Of a stretch of 55,086 bases of DNA, positions 26,601-34,868 are shown piece by piece. The translations under genes were made by a program, and so were the position numbers. Source of the DNA: Candidatus Woesearchaeota archaeon (GTDB lineage: Archaea; Nanobdellota; Nanobdellia; Pacearchaeales; GW2011-AR1); NCBI GenBank assembly GCA_964485325.1, contig CAZAIT010000002.1:1-55086 (forward strand), in the 5' to 3' direction. Positions within the stretch are counted from its first letter, which is position 1. Every line of letters begins with the position of its first letter. A model generated the notes under the pieces. The model saw only the letters and a list, made by a program, of their open reading frames with translations, did no database searches and was not told where the DNA came from.

Positions 26601-29524
26601 ATGGAGTTTCTGGTGGAGATATTTGTGCTGAGTTTAGGATTAGTTCTGGTTCTGATACTTATTTCACACCTTGTGTTAAAAAAACTAAAACAGAAATAAC
26701 AAAATTATATTCCGAAGCTCAAAAAGTAATTAGAGAAGCTAATACTAATAAAAACGGAATAACTATTGATGGGGAATATATTCCTAAAATTAGTCCTTTA
26801 AGTGCCAGTTCTAGCGAAGTTGAATGTACAGATTTTATGAGTGTGGAAGATTGTAACATAATGTTTAATATTTGTGATCCTGTTATTTGTCCTTCTAGTA
26901 GATGTGATTTTGGGGGAAAATTTCCGGTTGCAGATGTAATATCTACGGGGATTGTTGGTTCCATGGCTCTATGTTTACCAAATTTCGGAAGTCCAAAAGA
27001 CGGAGGAGTTATCGTTCCGATTTGTTTATCTGGAGTACATGCAGGTTTAGATTCTTACATTTCAGTTTTAAAAAGCCATAGAAGTTGCCTTGAGCAAAAT
27101 ATAGAGACTGGAGAATATATTGGGATTTGCGACGAAATTAATGCGGTTTATATCTGTGAATTATTTTGGGGACAATTTTCACCTATATTAGATACTCTTC
27201 TTCCTAAAGTTGTGGAGTCTATGTTTGGTGGTGTTCAAACCAGAGGTGGCGCTGAATACTTAACAACTCAAAAATCTTTTGATATTTTAGATAAATCTTT
27301 TGGTTATTTTACTTCAAATTATGCAGAAGGAGCAGCAAAATCTTTTGATTTAAAAAATACTGAAAGTATTGGAAGTTCTTATTGTAAGAATTTTGTTGGA
27401 GGAAGTGTGCCAACTTCATCTAGTCTCATAGATAATTTGATCTCTCCAGAAAGCCCTACACAATTTTACGCCCATTTTAGTGAAGATTTGTTTACTGAAG
27501 CTACGGTTCCTTCTACTAGCCACTATAAAGTTTATTATCATATTTATGCTGGAAACGATGCAGGGGCTCAATATAAGATATATCTGAAGAGTCCTCCAGA
27601 ATCTAGTTATTATTCGAATAGACAGACTCTGTTGGTAGATAATGGATATGTCGGCAAAGGTACTGCAGCGGATGAGTCAATTGATTTTACGGCTCCTACG
27701 GGATATAAAGAGTTGTGTGCGAATATTAATGGGAGAGAGGAGTGTGGTTTTGGAAGTGTTACTAGTGATTTTGCTTTGGATTATGTTTCACAATCATATA
27801 TTGCTGATCAAGCTGACGATAAAGGAATAACTAAAGCTGAAGATTGTGTGACTACTTCTGCAAGTGGTTGGGGGATGGCTAATTTAAATGTCCAAAATGG
27901 TGTTGAGAATAGTATAGGAGGCAGGGATATCGCTACTACTGGAATAACTAGAATTTGTGCAAGTACAAATCCAGAACAAGGAATAGTAGGAGGAAATGAT
28001 GTTTATTGTGATACAGAAGATGACGAAAGTGGATATCGATGTAGTCCTGGTTATGAATGTAAAGTTATCGGAGGAGATGTAGTATCAACTGTTGGGGTAT
28101 GTGAAAATGAAAAAGGAATTAGGCAGGTTGGCGTGAAAAGATGGATTGATGTTGGATATTGTGATAGCGAATCTGTGAGATGTTGGATCGATAGTAATAG
28201 CGTAGAAGATAACCTGGGTATCTATATGGCAGTTAACGATATAGTTAGTGTTAATGAATTAAGTTTAGAGTCTGAAGAACTGAAAGAATTAAAAGAAAAT
28301 TACGGGAATGTTAGAATAAAACTGAATGAACAAAGAGAAGCTATAAAAAATTTAAAAGTTGACTATATAAAACTAGGAGATGCAGAGTTGTTAAAAGCTA
28401 TTGATGATATAATTGAAGCATTGGACGAAGTTGCTGGAGTTAAGGATGGCTATGTTGGACAAGGTACTAATGCAGATAGAGCAGAAGCTTTAGATTTGAA
28501 AGTGAGCGTTTATATTTCTATTATTAAGGAATTGTTGACTATGAAACATAAAGATGAAGAAAAAGAGAATCCTCTTAGTGAAGCAGAGGAAAATCATCTG
28601 GGAGAAGACGCTGCTGGAGTGAAAGTTGAAAATGGGAATGAGGATGAACAAATTAAAGAGTCTGAGGAGGTTTTGTTGGAAGATGTTGCAAAAGGAGATA
28701 TTATTAAGGATGAAGAGGGAATTGAATATGAAGTTGGTATGATATCAACATTTGGGGAAGGAGAATCGAGGATTATTATTCGAATACAGGGAGTTAAGTT
28801 GGGAAATATGATTAGAATTGAAGGCAATAAGGATTCTTTACTGAAAGAGGATGGATATGAAATAGTCTCTAGTTCTTCGACAATAGAGGGAGATAAAAGT
28901 ATTTTCCATAGTGGAATTTGGGAAGCACTCGAGAAGTATGTCAATGTAAAGGCAGAGAAAGGTGTTCAAATTAGCATAAACAAAGAAGAAGATTCTATTG
29001 AGTTTAAATCTAAGAAAGAAGGCGGCCTTGCAGTTGGTGATGCAATATTTTATTTAAGTGAAGATGATACTCAATTATTGGTTGATATCACCGGGAAAAA
29101 GGAAGAATTTCCTACAGGATATTTGGAATTATTATTTATTAACAATGAAATAGAGGCTATCGCGGAAGATTTAGATTGGGAAGTGAAAAATTATTATAAT
29201 AGTATATTTCCTTTTAAAGGAGTGTGGGTGGATTTTGAAAGAGAAATTAATGAAAGAAGAAATGATTTATCTTTAGATATTAGAATAAATAGAGAGACTA
29301 TGCGTATTGAATTTGAATCTCCTGAAACGACACGGAGGATAATGCATGATGTTGAATTTTACTTAAATGAGGCCAAAGATGAAGTATTGGCTGATTTTCC
29401 TGGACGGTCTAATCCTAAGGGTTATTCCCTAGAAGAAGTTTCGAATATACTTAACGTTGATAAGTATGTAAATGGAGTTGCTCATAGATTGAATGAGATT
29501 TTGGATGGTTATAATAATAAGTAG
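23693..29524 (+). CDS. giant secreted protein (1943 aa), unknown function
   Basis: Start overlaps the upstream stop (TAATG). Sec-type signal peptide MKSFRLFITLFFVLASFTCIVSA. Cys-rich central region (CDPVICPSSRCDFGG...). Acidic, probably coiled-coil C-terminal third. Confidence 0.7.
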   Translation: MKSFRLFITLFFVLASFTCIVSAFTNPSASNNFASTTSDWQSSSPTFDDYYRGSTDSYWPILNNLENDKCDSVASDFIVTIPIGGCSPSVVRSDLLAEQNVPVFCQLSAIRVNPLIDVSTIKSISFKGDYPKEVAGISFHPARAATSSSKTLLGKPIEENIGYVVIVLKKQSNEVNLTDIIRGNLTATIKYDSRSSFGTGAGEYYLEPVSDIEWARTADYSSFWGGKGYLRLKNVYSDSATIDVLTNQDDTYQTVTLKEGETSSPLYYPGQYCTSALKMKLNKIDNSEDMVKIDVDGNTFWVRKGSKLLNGKCTVTELNLIADEGGAEISISCSGNSVLDLELTRNEGNIVNKEYEKSSSIPKYMNLAEDSVIDLIDNFPIDKKEDGGYWGEDALYNQIKLSGDVGDIEMQNSLIDRFLEIYPESSHYESIRALKVRIGEYDYSYASRRLVINNDNYNIRLDGFRKGEENTNNVSVRIGGEDVKVLFDKKSYNENGEEISDDRFPRITVVDIDSLSSEFKYEWKEGKETIEKTFAIDVGDYSSIGRKRISVLDTSVREVAYISLSPVNLDSKTEANFTFNIDVEKRAFELTPEKARNKLDILNDSINEWEDKLETLGNIVKGTKAACLVTSGVLMLKNTISGFSGEGLAREKVMDLYENKCKIEGAISSSELHRCYSENSTEIEQAVKEYGASIDKVNDKVKCAKTSDTVSDGFLDSQVVDTSKYVDNLAKCTGISSSWGGYKLGNITVQKEDLVDASDYSAVLLKEEVCKSDSDTSDICKMATEAMEKALLDNIVDINIERLRNESKEKTGLELSFTNLNPDAQLVYYENVPKDILLSDGSYMKEGAKYSGVNYNGLNYVVTLVDNDVVKNVYSYDNGELKKVENVTVKNGISTSTKFIPSSSELCSNTMISPYVRYYESQNQQGFVAVVPLDINNGWYVHVDANDYSDAGVANAFHVCNVGKDGIIDNGVSGGDICAEFRISSGSDTYFTPCVKKTKTEITKLYSEAQKVIREANTNKNGITIDGEYIPKISPLSASSSEVECTDFMSVEDCNIMFNICDPVICPSSRCDFGGKFPVADVISTGIVGSMALCLPNFGSPKDGGVIVPICLSGVHAGLDSYISVLKSHRSCLEQNIETGEYIGICDEINAVYICELFWGQFSPILDTLLPKVVESMFGGVQTRGGAEYLTTQKSFDILDKSFGYFTSNYAEGAAKSFDLKNTESIGSSYCKNFVGGSVPTSSSLIDNLISPESPTQFYAHFSEDLFTEATVPSTSHYKVYYHIYAGNDAGAQYKIYLKSPPESSYYSNRQTLLVDNGYVGKGTAADESIDFTAPTGYKELCANINGREECGFGSVTSDFALDYVSQSYIADQADDKGITKAEDCVTTSASGWGMANLNVQNGVENSIGGRDIATTGITRICASTNPEQGIVGGNDVYCDTEDDESGYRCSPGYECKVIGGDVVSTVGVCENEKGIRQVGVKRWIDVGYCDSESVRCWIDSNSVEDNLGIYMAVNDIVSVNELSLESEELKELKENYGNVRIKLNEQREAIKNLKVDYIKLGDAELLKAIDDIIEALDEVAGVKDGYVGQGTNADRAEALDLKVSVYISIIKELLTMKHKDEEKENPLSEAEENHLGEDAAGVKVENGNEDEQIKESEEVLLEDVAKGDIIKDEEGIEYEVGMISTFGEGESRIIIRIQGVKLGNMIRIEGNKDSLLKEDGYEIVSSSSTIEGDKSIFHSGIWEALEKYVNVKAEKGVQISINKEEDSIEFKSKKEGGLAVGDAIFYLSEDDTQLLVDITGKKEEFPTGYLELLFINNEIEAIAEDLDWEVKNYYNSIFPFKGVWVDFEREINERRNDLSLDIRINRETMRIEFESPETTRRIMHDVEFYLNEAKDEVLADFPGRSNPKGYSLEEVSNILNVDKYVNGVAHRLNEILDGYNNK

Positions 29525-29641
29525 ATTTATTAGAGAATACAATAATTGTGTTTATAAAGAAAGGTCATTATTTCAGAGAATCTCACTGCTTAACTCATTT
29601 TATTCATAATTAAGGAATCGAAGCACAGGGTTCTAATTCTA

Positions 29642-29724
29642 TGAGGGAAGGAGGATTCGAACCCCCGTAGGAATAAACCACTACGGCCTAAGCGTAGCCC
29701 GTTTGACCACTCCGGCATTCCCTC
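29642..29724 (-). tRNA. tRNA-Leu (anticodon UAG), class II with long variable arm
   Basis: Acceptor GAGGGAA/UUCCCUC, D stem CCG/CGG, anticodon arm CUACG-CUUAGGC-CGUAG, T arm GGGGG-UUCGAAU-CCUCC. Confidence 0.85.
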
Positions 29725-30380
29725 ATTAAAAAAGAATAATATTCTTTCTTAAATATTAGACCATAATATTCCTTTTTATATTTTTGGTAGGTCCATTTGT
29801 CCCTTGTTGTGGGTATCCCCATATTTTTAAAGAGAATAGATAACTCTTTTTGTAATTGCTTGCTTGCTGTTGATAATCCATATCCCCGTCTTCTCTTTCC
29901 CCCTTCAGTTAGCATGATTCCTTGCAAAAAAGATTTTTGAATTTTTTTGTTTGATGTTTTTATGAATTCCGGAACTTTTACTATATGGCTTTTTTTACCA
30001 ATTGGAATCTCGAAGGTTTGATTGAATAAATTATATATTGCTTTACTATCCATTGGAATTTGCCATGATGGCTTCCTATTAATTCTTTGTTTTACAGGAT
30101 TGATACTGAATTTTCTATTGAATATTTGTATGCAGTATATCTGTATTTGTTTTAATAAATTTATATCTGTTAATTCTATTAATATTTGTTTTTTACTTTT
30201 TCTGAGGTGCCCATCTCCAATTATCGTCGCTACTATGAAAGATAATTCTTTTGTTATTTTCAGCGGAATGATTGTTTCTTTTGATGGACCATATTTAGCT
30301 TTTGTTATTAAACAATCTCTTGTTTTTGTTATTGTTTTCAGATCTTTTTGAGAATTAATTGCTGATTGTTTATAATTCAT
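29688..30380 (-). CDS. LAGLIDADG homing endonuclease, double-motif (230 aa)
   Basis: Motif 1 is FIVATIIGDGHLRK and motif 2 is FLQGIMLTEGGKRR. The last 12 codons are encoded by the tRNA-Leu 5' part, and the stop codon TAG (29688-29690) is the anticodon. Confidence 0.75.
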   Translation of the reverse strand: MNYKQSAINSQKDLKTITKTRDCLITKAKYGPSKETIIPLKITKELSFIVATIIGDGHLRKSKKQILIELTDINLLKQIQIYCIQIFNRKFSINPVKQRINRKPSWQIPMDSKAIYNLFNQTFEIPIGKKSHIVKVPEFIKTSNKKIQKSFLQGIMLTEGGKRRRGYGLSTASKQLQKELSILFKNMGIPTTRDKWTYQKYKKEYYGLIFKKEYYSFLMRECRSGQTGYA

Positions 30381-30451
30381 TATTTTATATAATAATTCAT
30401 ATTTAAGTATGTTTTGTTACCTAGCCCGTTTGACCACTCCGGCATTCCCTC
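29695..30451 (-). mobile_element. candidate 727-bp insertion unit: 30-nt direct repeats bracketing the LAGLIDADG ORF
   Basis: The sequence tagcccgtttgaccactccggcattccctc is identical at 29695-29724 and 30422-30451. Confidence 0.5.
30422..30451 (-). repeat. orphan copy of tRNA-Leu nucleotides 1-29 (30 nt)
   Basis: Exact 30/30 match to the 5' end of the tRNA at 29695-29724. Identity ends inside the anticodon stem. Confidence 0.9.
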
Positions 30452-30554
30452 GTTATAAATTTTTGAATAACGAATTTTGATTTTAAACCAAAATACTCAT
30501 TATGAAATACAATTGGTATAGTATAAAAGATTATCGGGGAGGCATTAGAATTAA

Positions 30555-31487
30555 TTATTCAACTTTTTTCTTTTTCTTTTCGTTCTCTTTGATTTTCATT
30601 TTGTCTTCCATATCAAGTCTTTCTAAAAGTTCTTTGTATCTATTTCTAATTGTTACTTCTGTAATTCCTGCTACATCTGCAACTTCTCTTTGTGTTTTTT
30701 TCTCGTCGTGTATAAGTGCTGCTACATATAGTGCTGCTGCTGCAATTCCTGCAGGACCTCTTCCAGATGTTAGTTCAGAAATTTCTGCTTTCCTTAAAAT
30801 TTTAAGAGCTTCATTTTGTGATTGTGGAGATAGATGTAGTGTTGAGGAAAATCTAGATATGTAATCTTTTGGAGAAGAAGGTTTTACTTTTAATTCAATT
30901 TTTCTAATTATAAAACGATACGTTCTTCCGATTTCTTTTCTTTCTACCTCTGATGCGCTTGAAATTTCGTCGAGTGTTCTTGGTATGTTATAAGAACGAC
31001 AGGCTGCATAAATACATGCTGCGATTACAGATTCCATTGAACGTCCTCTAACTAATCCTCTTTGTAATACGAAATTATATATCCTTGCAGATTCGTCTCT
31101 AACAACTGATGGTAAATCTAAGAAAGATGCAACTCTTCTTAATTCGGACATTGCTAATCTGAGATTTCTTTCTATTGAAGTAGACACTCGTTCTTGCCAT
31201 TTTTTTAATCTAAGATATTTCCTTGTTTGTTGTGTCGAATCTAATTTGTATATGTCGGATATTTCCCCAACGTTTGTAGTTAATCCTTTGTCAAATTTTT
31301 GCAAAGACATCGGTGCTCCACCTCTAGATTTTTTATCTGATTTATCAAATTCTCTTAATTCATGAGAAGTATCGACCATATTTTCTTCAACAAGAAGTCC
31401 ACATGCGCTGCATATAACTTCTCCTCTTGTTTCGTTGTATATAAGTTTAGAACTGTCGCACTCTGGACACTTTTTAACATTTGCCAT
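30555..31487 (-). CDS. tfb: transcription initiation factor TFB
   Basis: N-terminal zinc ribbon CPECDS...CSACG, followed by two cyclin-fold repeats. Confidence 0.95.
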   Translation of the reverse strand: MANVKKCPECDSSKLIYNETRGEVICSACGLLVEENMVDTSHELREFDKSDKKSRGGAPMSLQKFDKGLTTNVGEISDIYKLDSTQQTRKYLRLKKWQERVSTSIERNLRLAMSELRRVASFLDLPSVVRDESARIYNFVLQRGLVRGRSMESVIAACIYAACRSYNIPRTLDEISSASEVERKEIGRTYRFIIRKIELKVKPSSPKDYISRFSSTLHLSPQSQNEALKILRKAEISELTSGRGPAGIAAAALYVAALIHDEKKTQREVADVAGITEVTIRNRYKELLERLDMEDKMKIKENEKKKKKVE

Positions 31488-31490
31488 AGT

Positions 31491-31523
31491 AAGCTTTTTA
31501 AAGGGACTTCATTTAAAAAGCTT
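31491..31523. promoter_or_regulatory. perfect 12-bp inverted repeat AAGCTTTTTAAA-N9-TTTAAAAAGCTT between S8e and TFB
   Basis: The minus-strand arm is a BRE/TATA-like element about 25-30 nt upstream of the TFB ATG. The pair could also form the S8e terminator hairpin. Confidence 0.4.
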
Positions 31524-31589
31524 TGGGTTCTATAAGTTTGCGTAATCGACGCTGTTGAATAAGTTGAGGAATATTTATCAGGTAAAAAA

Positions 31590-31949
31590 TTATTCTATTA
31601 ATTTTGCTTGTATATTTCCTTCTTGAGAAGGCCTATTTGTTATTCTTGCTTTCCCTAATTCTGTTTCAATAATTGCTCCTTTGATAAGGATATTTTGTCT
31701 TGCAAGAAAAGTATTAGATGGAGTTTCTAGAACATTTTTTATTGTAGATTTTTTTGATTTCCCTTTTATAATCACATTCGCGACATTATTAAGGAAAGAA
31801 ACTAATTTTACTTGTCCTCCTCTCCCTTTAAGTAGCTTAGTTTTTCTGTCCCCTATTTTTACAATTCTGTCTTGACTTTGTCTACCCGTTAATTTTCTTT
31901 TCTTAGGCTTCTTGTATCTTCCACCTGAGGTTTTTCTTCCTGATTTCAT
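31590..31949 (-). CDS. rps8e: ribosomal protein S8e
   Basis: MKSGRKTSGGRYKKPKKRK... basic N-terminus and S8e pattern. Confidence 0.8.
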   Translation of the reverse strand: MKSGRKTSGGRYKKPKKRKLTGRQSQDRIVKIGDRKTKLLKGRGGQVKLVSFLNNVANVIIKGKSKKSTIKNVLETPSNTFLARQNILIKGAIIETELGKARITNRPSQEGNIQAKLIE

Positions 31950-32031
31950 GAAGTGGAAAGAAAATTTCGATTTAAATAGGTTGTGGTAACTATATATTTC
32001 ATATTTTTAAAAAATGTATATTAGAAAATAA

Positions 32032-32355
32032 TTATAATTTTTGATCTAACCATTGCTTAATTGTGGATTCTGGTTGAGCACCCACAAATTCATCTATGAC
32101 TTTTCCGTCTTTAAACAATTTTACTGAAGGTATTGACATTACACCAAATTTTGATGCCGATTCTTGATTGTTTTCAGTTTCAGCTTTAGCTAAAACCATT
32201 TTATCTCCATATTCTGCAGCGATCTTTTCTAAAGTTGGTTTTAACATCGTGCAGGGTCCACACCAACTTGCCCAAAAATCAACTAGAACCGGAGTTGTTT
32301 TTGACTTTTCAATTACTTCTGTTTCAAATGTTGTATCTGTTACATCTATTTCCAT
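32032..32355 (-). CDS. trxA: thioredoxin
   Basis: WASWCGPC active site in a 107-aa protein. Confidence 0.9.
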   Translation of the reverse strand: MEIDVTDTTFETEVIEKSKTTPVLVDFWASWCGPCTMLKPTLEKIAAEYGDKMVLAKAETENNQESASKFGVMSIPSVKLFKDGKVIDEFVGAQPESTIKQWLDQKL

Positions 32356-32454
32356 GATAAATCTTGTTAAATTATTCTTATAAAGATTTGGGAACAGTGT
32401 TAACTGGATAATTCGGGTACAAAAATATTTAAGACGTGTAATATTTGTTTCTTT

Positions 32455-34140
32455 ATGGATTATTTGGGATTATGTAATGTTTACGAAGCGCTTGAAAATA
32501 CTTCGAAAGGCTTAGAAAAAACTTCTATTTTGTCTGATTTTTTAGAAGAGATAAAAGAAGTTCCTGATTATATTTATTTGTTACAGGGAAAGGTTTTTGC
32601 CGATTATGATAGACGAGAATTAGGGATGTCTATCCAATTAGTTATCAAATCTATTTCCAAGGCTTCTGGATTTTCTGAGGAGGAAGTTGTAAATGAATTT
32701 AGAGAGAAAGGTGATTTAGGAGAGGTTGCATATGATTTGGTTGGAAAACGTAAACAACAATCTTCTTTGTTCTCTGAAAAATTAAGTATTTCAAAAGTAT
32801 TTGAAAATTTATTTAAAATTACAACCCTAGAGGGCAAGGGCACTATTTCTACTAAAATTAGTTTGGTTGTAGATTTATTACATTCCTCTAGTGCTAAAGA
32901 AGCTAAATATATTGTGAGGACAATTCTAGCCGATTTAAAAATAGGAGTTGGAAGTGGCTTGCTTAGAGACGCCATTGTGGATTATCACTTTAAACCGGAG
33001 AATATCAAAGATAAAAAAAAGTTTTCTTCCTTGATTCAGTCTGCCTATGATATGTCAACAGATTGGTCATTGGTTTTTGAGAAAACTATTCAAAATAAAT
33101 TGGACGATATTTCTTTGTCTCCAGGTAGGCCTGTTAAGGTAATGCTCTACCCCAAAGCCAAAGGAATTGAAGATGCTTTCAAAATAGTGGGGAAACCGGC
33201 TGCTCTTGAATATAAATATGATGGATTCAGAATGATGATTAACAAAGATGAGAATGGGAACATTAAAATTTTCACGAGGAGATTAGATGAAGTTAGTAAC
33301 CAATTTCCTGATGTTGTTGAGCTTATAAAAAATAATGTAAAAGCTAAAACTTTTATCATCGATTGCGAAGCTATTGGGTATGATCCAGAGACAAAAAAAT
33401 ATACAGAGTTTCAAGATATAAGTCAGAGGATTAGACGAAAATATGATATAGATAAAATTATTGAGAAGTTGCCGGTTGAATTGAGAGTTTTTGATATTAT
33501 TTTTTATGAAGGAGAAAATCTTACCGCAAAAAGTTATGAGGAGCGTTGGGTTTTTTTAAAAAAAATAATTCCAGAGGTTAAATTTAAGATTGGATTGGCT
33601 GAGAGAATTATTACTGATAGTGTTGAGGAAGCAGAGATATTTTTTACTAAAGCATTGGATGATAACCAAGAGGGGCTGATGGTTAAAGGACTTGACAAGC
33701 CATATAAGCCCGGGTCTAGGATTGGATATGCTGTAAAGTGGAAACCTGAAGATAATGATTTAGATTTAGTTATTGTTGGTGCAGAATGGGGGACTGGGAA
33801 AAGAGCCGGTTGGCTTACAAGTTTCGATTTAGCTTGTAAAGATGGAGATGAATTAAAGATGATTGGAAAGGCTTCTACAGGGTTGAAAGAAAAAAGAGAA
33901 GAGGGGTTGAGTTTTGAGGAACTTACAGAATTATTAAAAAATTTAATAGTTGAGGAATCTGGAAGGAAAGTTTTTGTTAAACCAGAAGTTGTTGTGACAG
34001 TTCGATTCCAAAATGTTCAAAAATCATCTACTTATTCTTCTGGGTATGCTTTAAGATTTCCCAGAATTACTCGTTTACGACCAGACAGAGGAACTCAAGA
34101 TGTAGCTACAGTTGAAGAAGTTAAATTAGAAGCAGAGTAG
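32455..34140 (+). CDS. lig: ATP-dependent DNA ligase
   Basis: Adenylation motif EYKYDGFR, plus EGLMVK and an OB-fold C-terminus. Confidence 0.9.
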   Translation: MDYLGLCNVYEALENTSKGLEKTSILSDFLEEIKEVPDYIYLLQGKVFADYDRRELGMSIQLVIKSISKASGFSEEEVVNEFREKGDLGEVAYDLVGKRKQQSSLFSEKLSISKVFENLFKITTLEGKGTISTKISLVVDLLHSSSAKEAKYIVRTILADLKIGVGSGLLRDAIVDYHFKPENIKDKKKFSSLIQSAYDMSTDWSLVFEKTIQNKLDDISLSPGRPVKVMLYPKAKGIEDAFKIVGKPAALEYKYDGFRMMINKDENGNIKIFTRRLDEVSNQFPDVVELIKNNVKAKTFIIDCEAIGYDPETKKYTEFQDISQRIRRKYDIDKIIEKLPVELRVFDIIFYEGENLTAKSYEERWVFLKKIIPEVKFKIGLAERIITDSVEEAEIFFTKALDDNQEGLMVKGLDKPYKPGSRIGYAVKWKPEDNDLDLVIVGAEWGTGKRAGWLTSFDLACKDGDELKMIGKASTGLKEKREEGLSFEELTELLKNLIVEESGRKVFVKPEVVVTVRFQNVQKSSTYSSGYALRFPRITRLRPDRGTQDVATVEEVKLEAE

Positions 34141-34174
34141 TTAGGAAATAAGACTCGTCGAGAAAATCAAAGCC

Positions 34175-34182
34175 TTTATAAA
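34175..34182 (+). promoter_or_regulatory. TATA box (AAAGCCTTTATAAAGG context) for tbp
   Basis: The box is centred about 26 nt upstream of the ATG at 34204, which implies a leaderless mRNA. Confidence 0.45.
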
Positions 34183-34203
34183 GGATTTTTTTTATACTAT
34201 TAT

Positions 34204-34830
34204 ATGCCAGCTCCTAAAAAAAGCACTTCTAAGAAAGATACAACATTAGTTATTCAAAATATTGTTGCGACCACTTCTTTAGAGAAAGATGTTTCTTTAA
34301 CAAAACTAGCTAGGACTAATCCTAATACAGAATATAATCCTGATACTTTTCCTGGATTGGTTTTAAGAATTAAGAAGCCAAAGTCTGCAGTTTTAGTTTT
34401 TAGTTCTGGTAATTTAGTTTGTACTGGTACAAAATCTGTTGTGCAAGTTAAAGATGTTATTCAGCAAGTTATTAAACAATTGAAAAAAATTGGAGTAAAC
34501 GTTACGGTTAAACCGAAAGTTAAAGTTCAAAATATTGTTGCTTCTGGAGCGATGAATTTAGACTTGAATTTAAACACTTTAGCGTTAGAATTAGAAAATA
34601 CAGAGTATGAACCAGAACAGTTTCCTGGTTTAGTATACAAACTTAAAGGACCAACTGCGACTTTCTTATTATTCTCAAATGGGAAATTGGTTTGTACTGG
34701 TACAAAAAGTAGAGCCCAGTTGACAGATTCTATGATTCAGTTAAACAAGAATGTTAGGGCTGCACTGAAAAGAATTAAGGAGATAAGGAAAGAGCAAGAA
34801 AAGAATAAGACTGAAGACGACGATTTTTAG
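34204..34830 (+). CDS. tbp: TATA-box binding protein
   Basis: Two direct repeats (IQNIVATT...FPGLVLR...LVFSSGNLVCTG and VQNIVASG...FPGLVYK...LLFSNGKLVCTG). Acidic tail. Confidence 0.95.
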   Translation: MPAPKKSTSKKDTTLVIQNIVATTSLEKDVSLTKLARTNPNTEYNPDTFPGLVLRIKKPKSAVLVFSSGNLVCTGTKSVVQVKDVIQQVIKQLKKIGVNVTVKPKVKVQNIVASGAMNLDLNLNTLALELENTEYEPEQFPGLVYKLKGPTATFLLFSNGKLVCTGTKSRAQLTDSMIQLNKNVRAALKRIKEIRKEQEKNKTEDDDF

Positions 34831-34868
34831 ATAGGGTAGTTTTTAAAGATTAATTTCTTATTTCTATT

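Noticed and set aside
30022-30351. 109-aa plus-strand ORF inside the LAGLIDADG locus
   Set aside because: It is antisense to the ORF that carries both LAGLIDADG motifs, and it has no motif of its own.
30502-30864. 120-aa plus-strand ORF
   Set aside because: It lies entirely antisense within the strongly supported tfb gene. Its translation is S/F/L/I-rich and low-complexity, typical of the reverse frame of an AT-rich gene.
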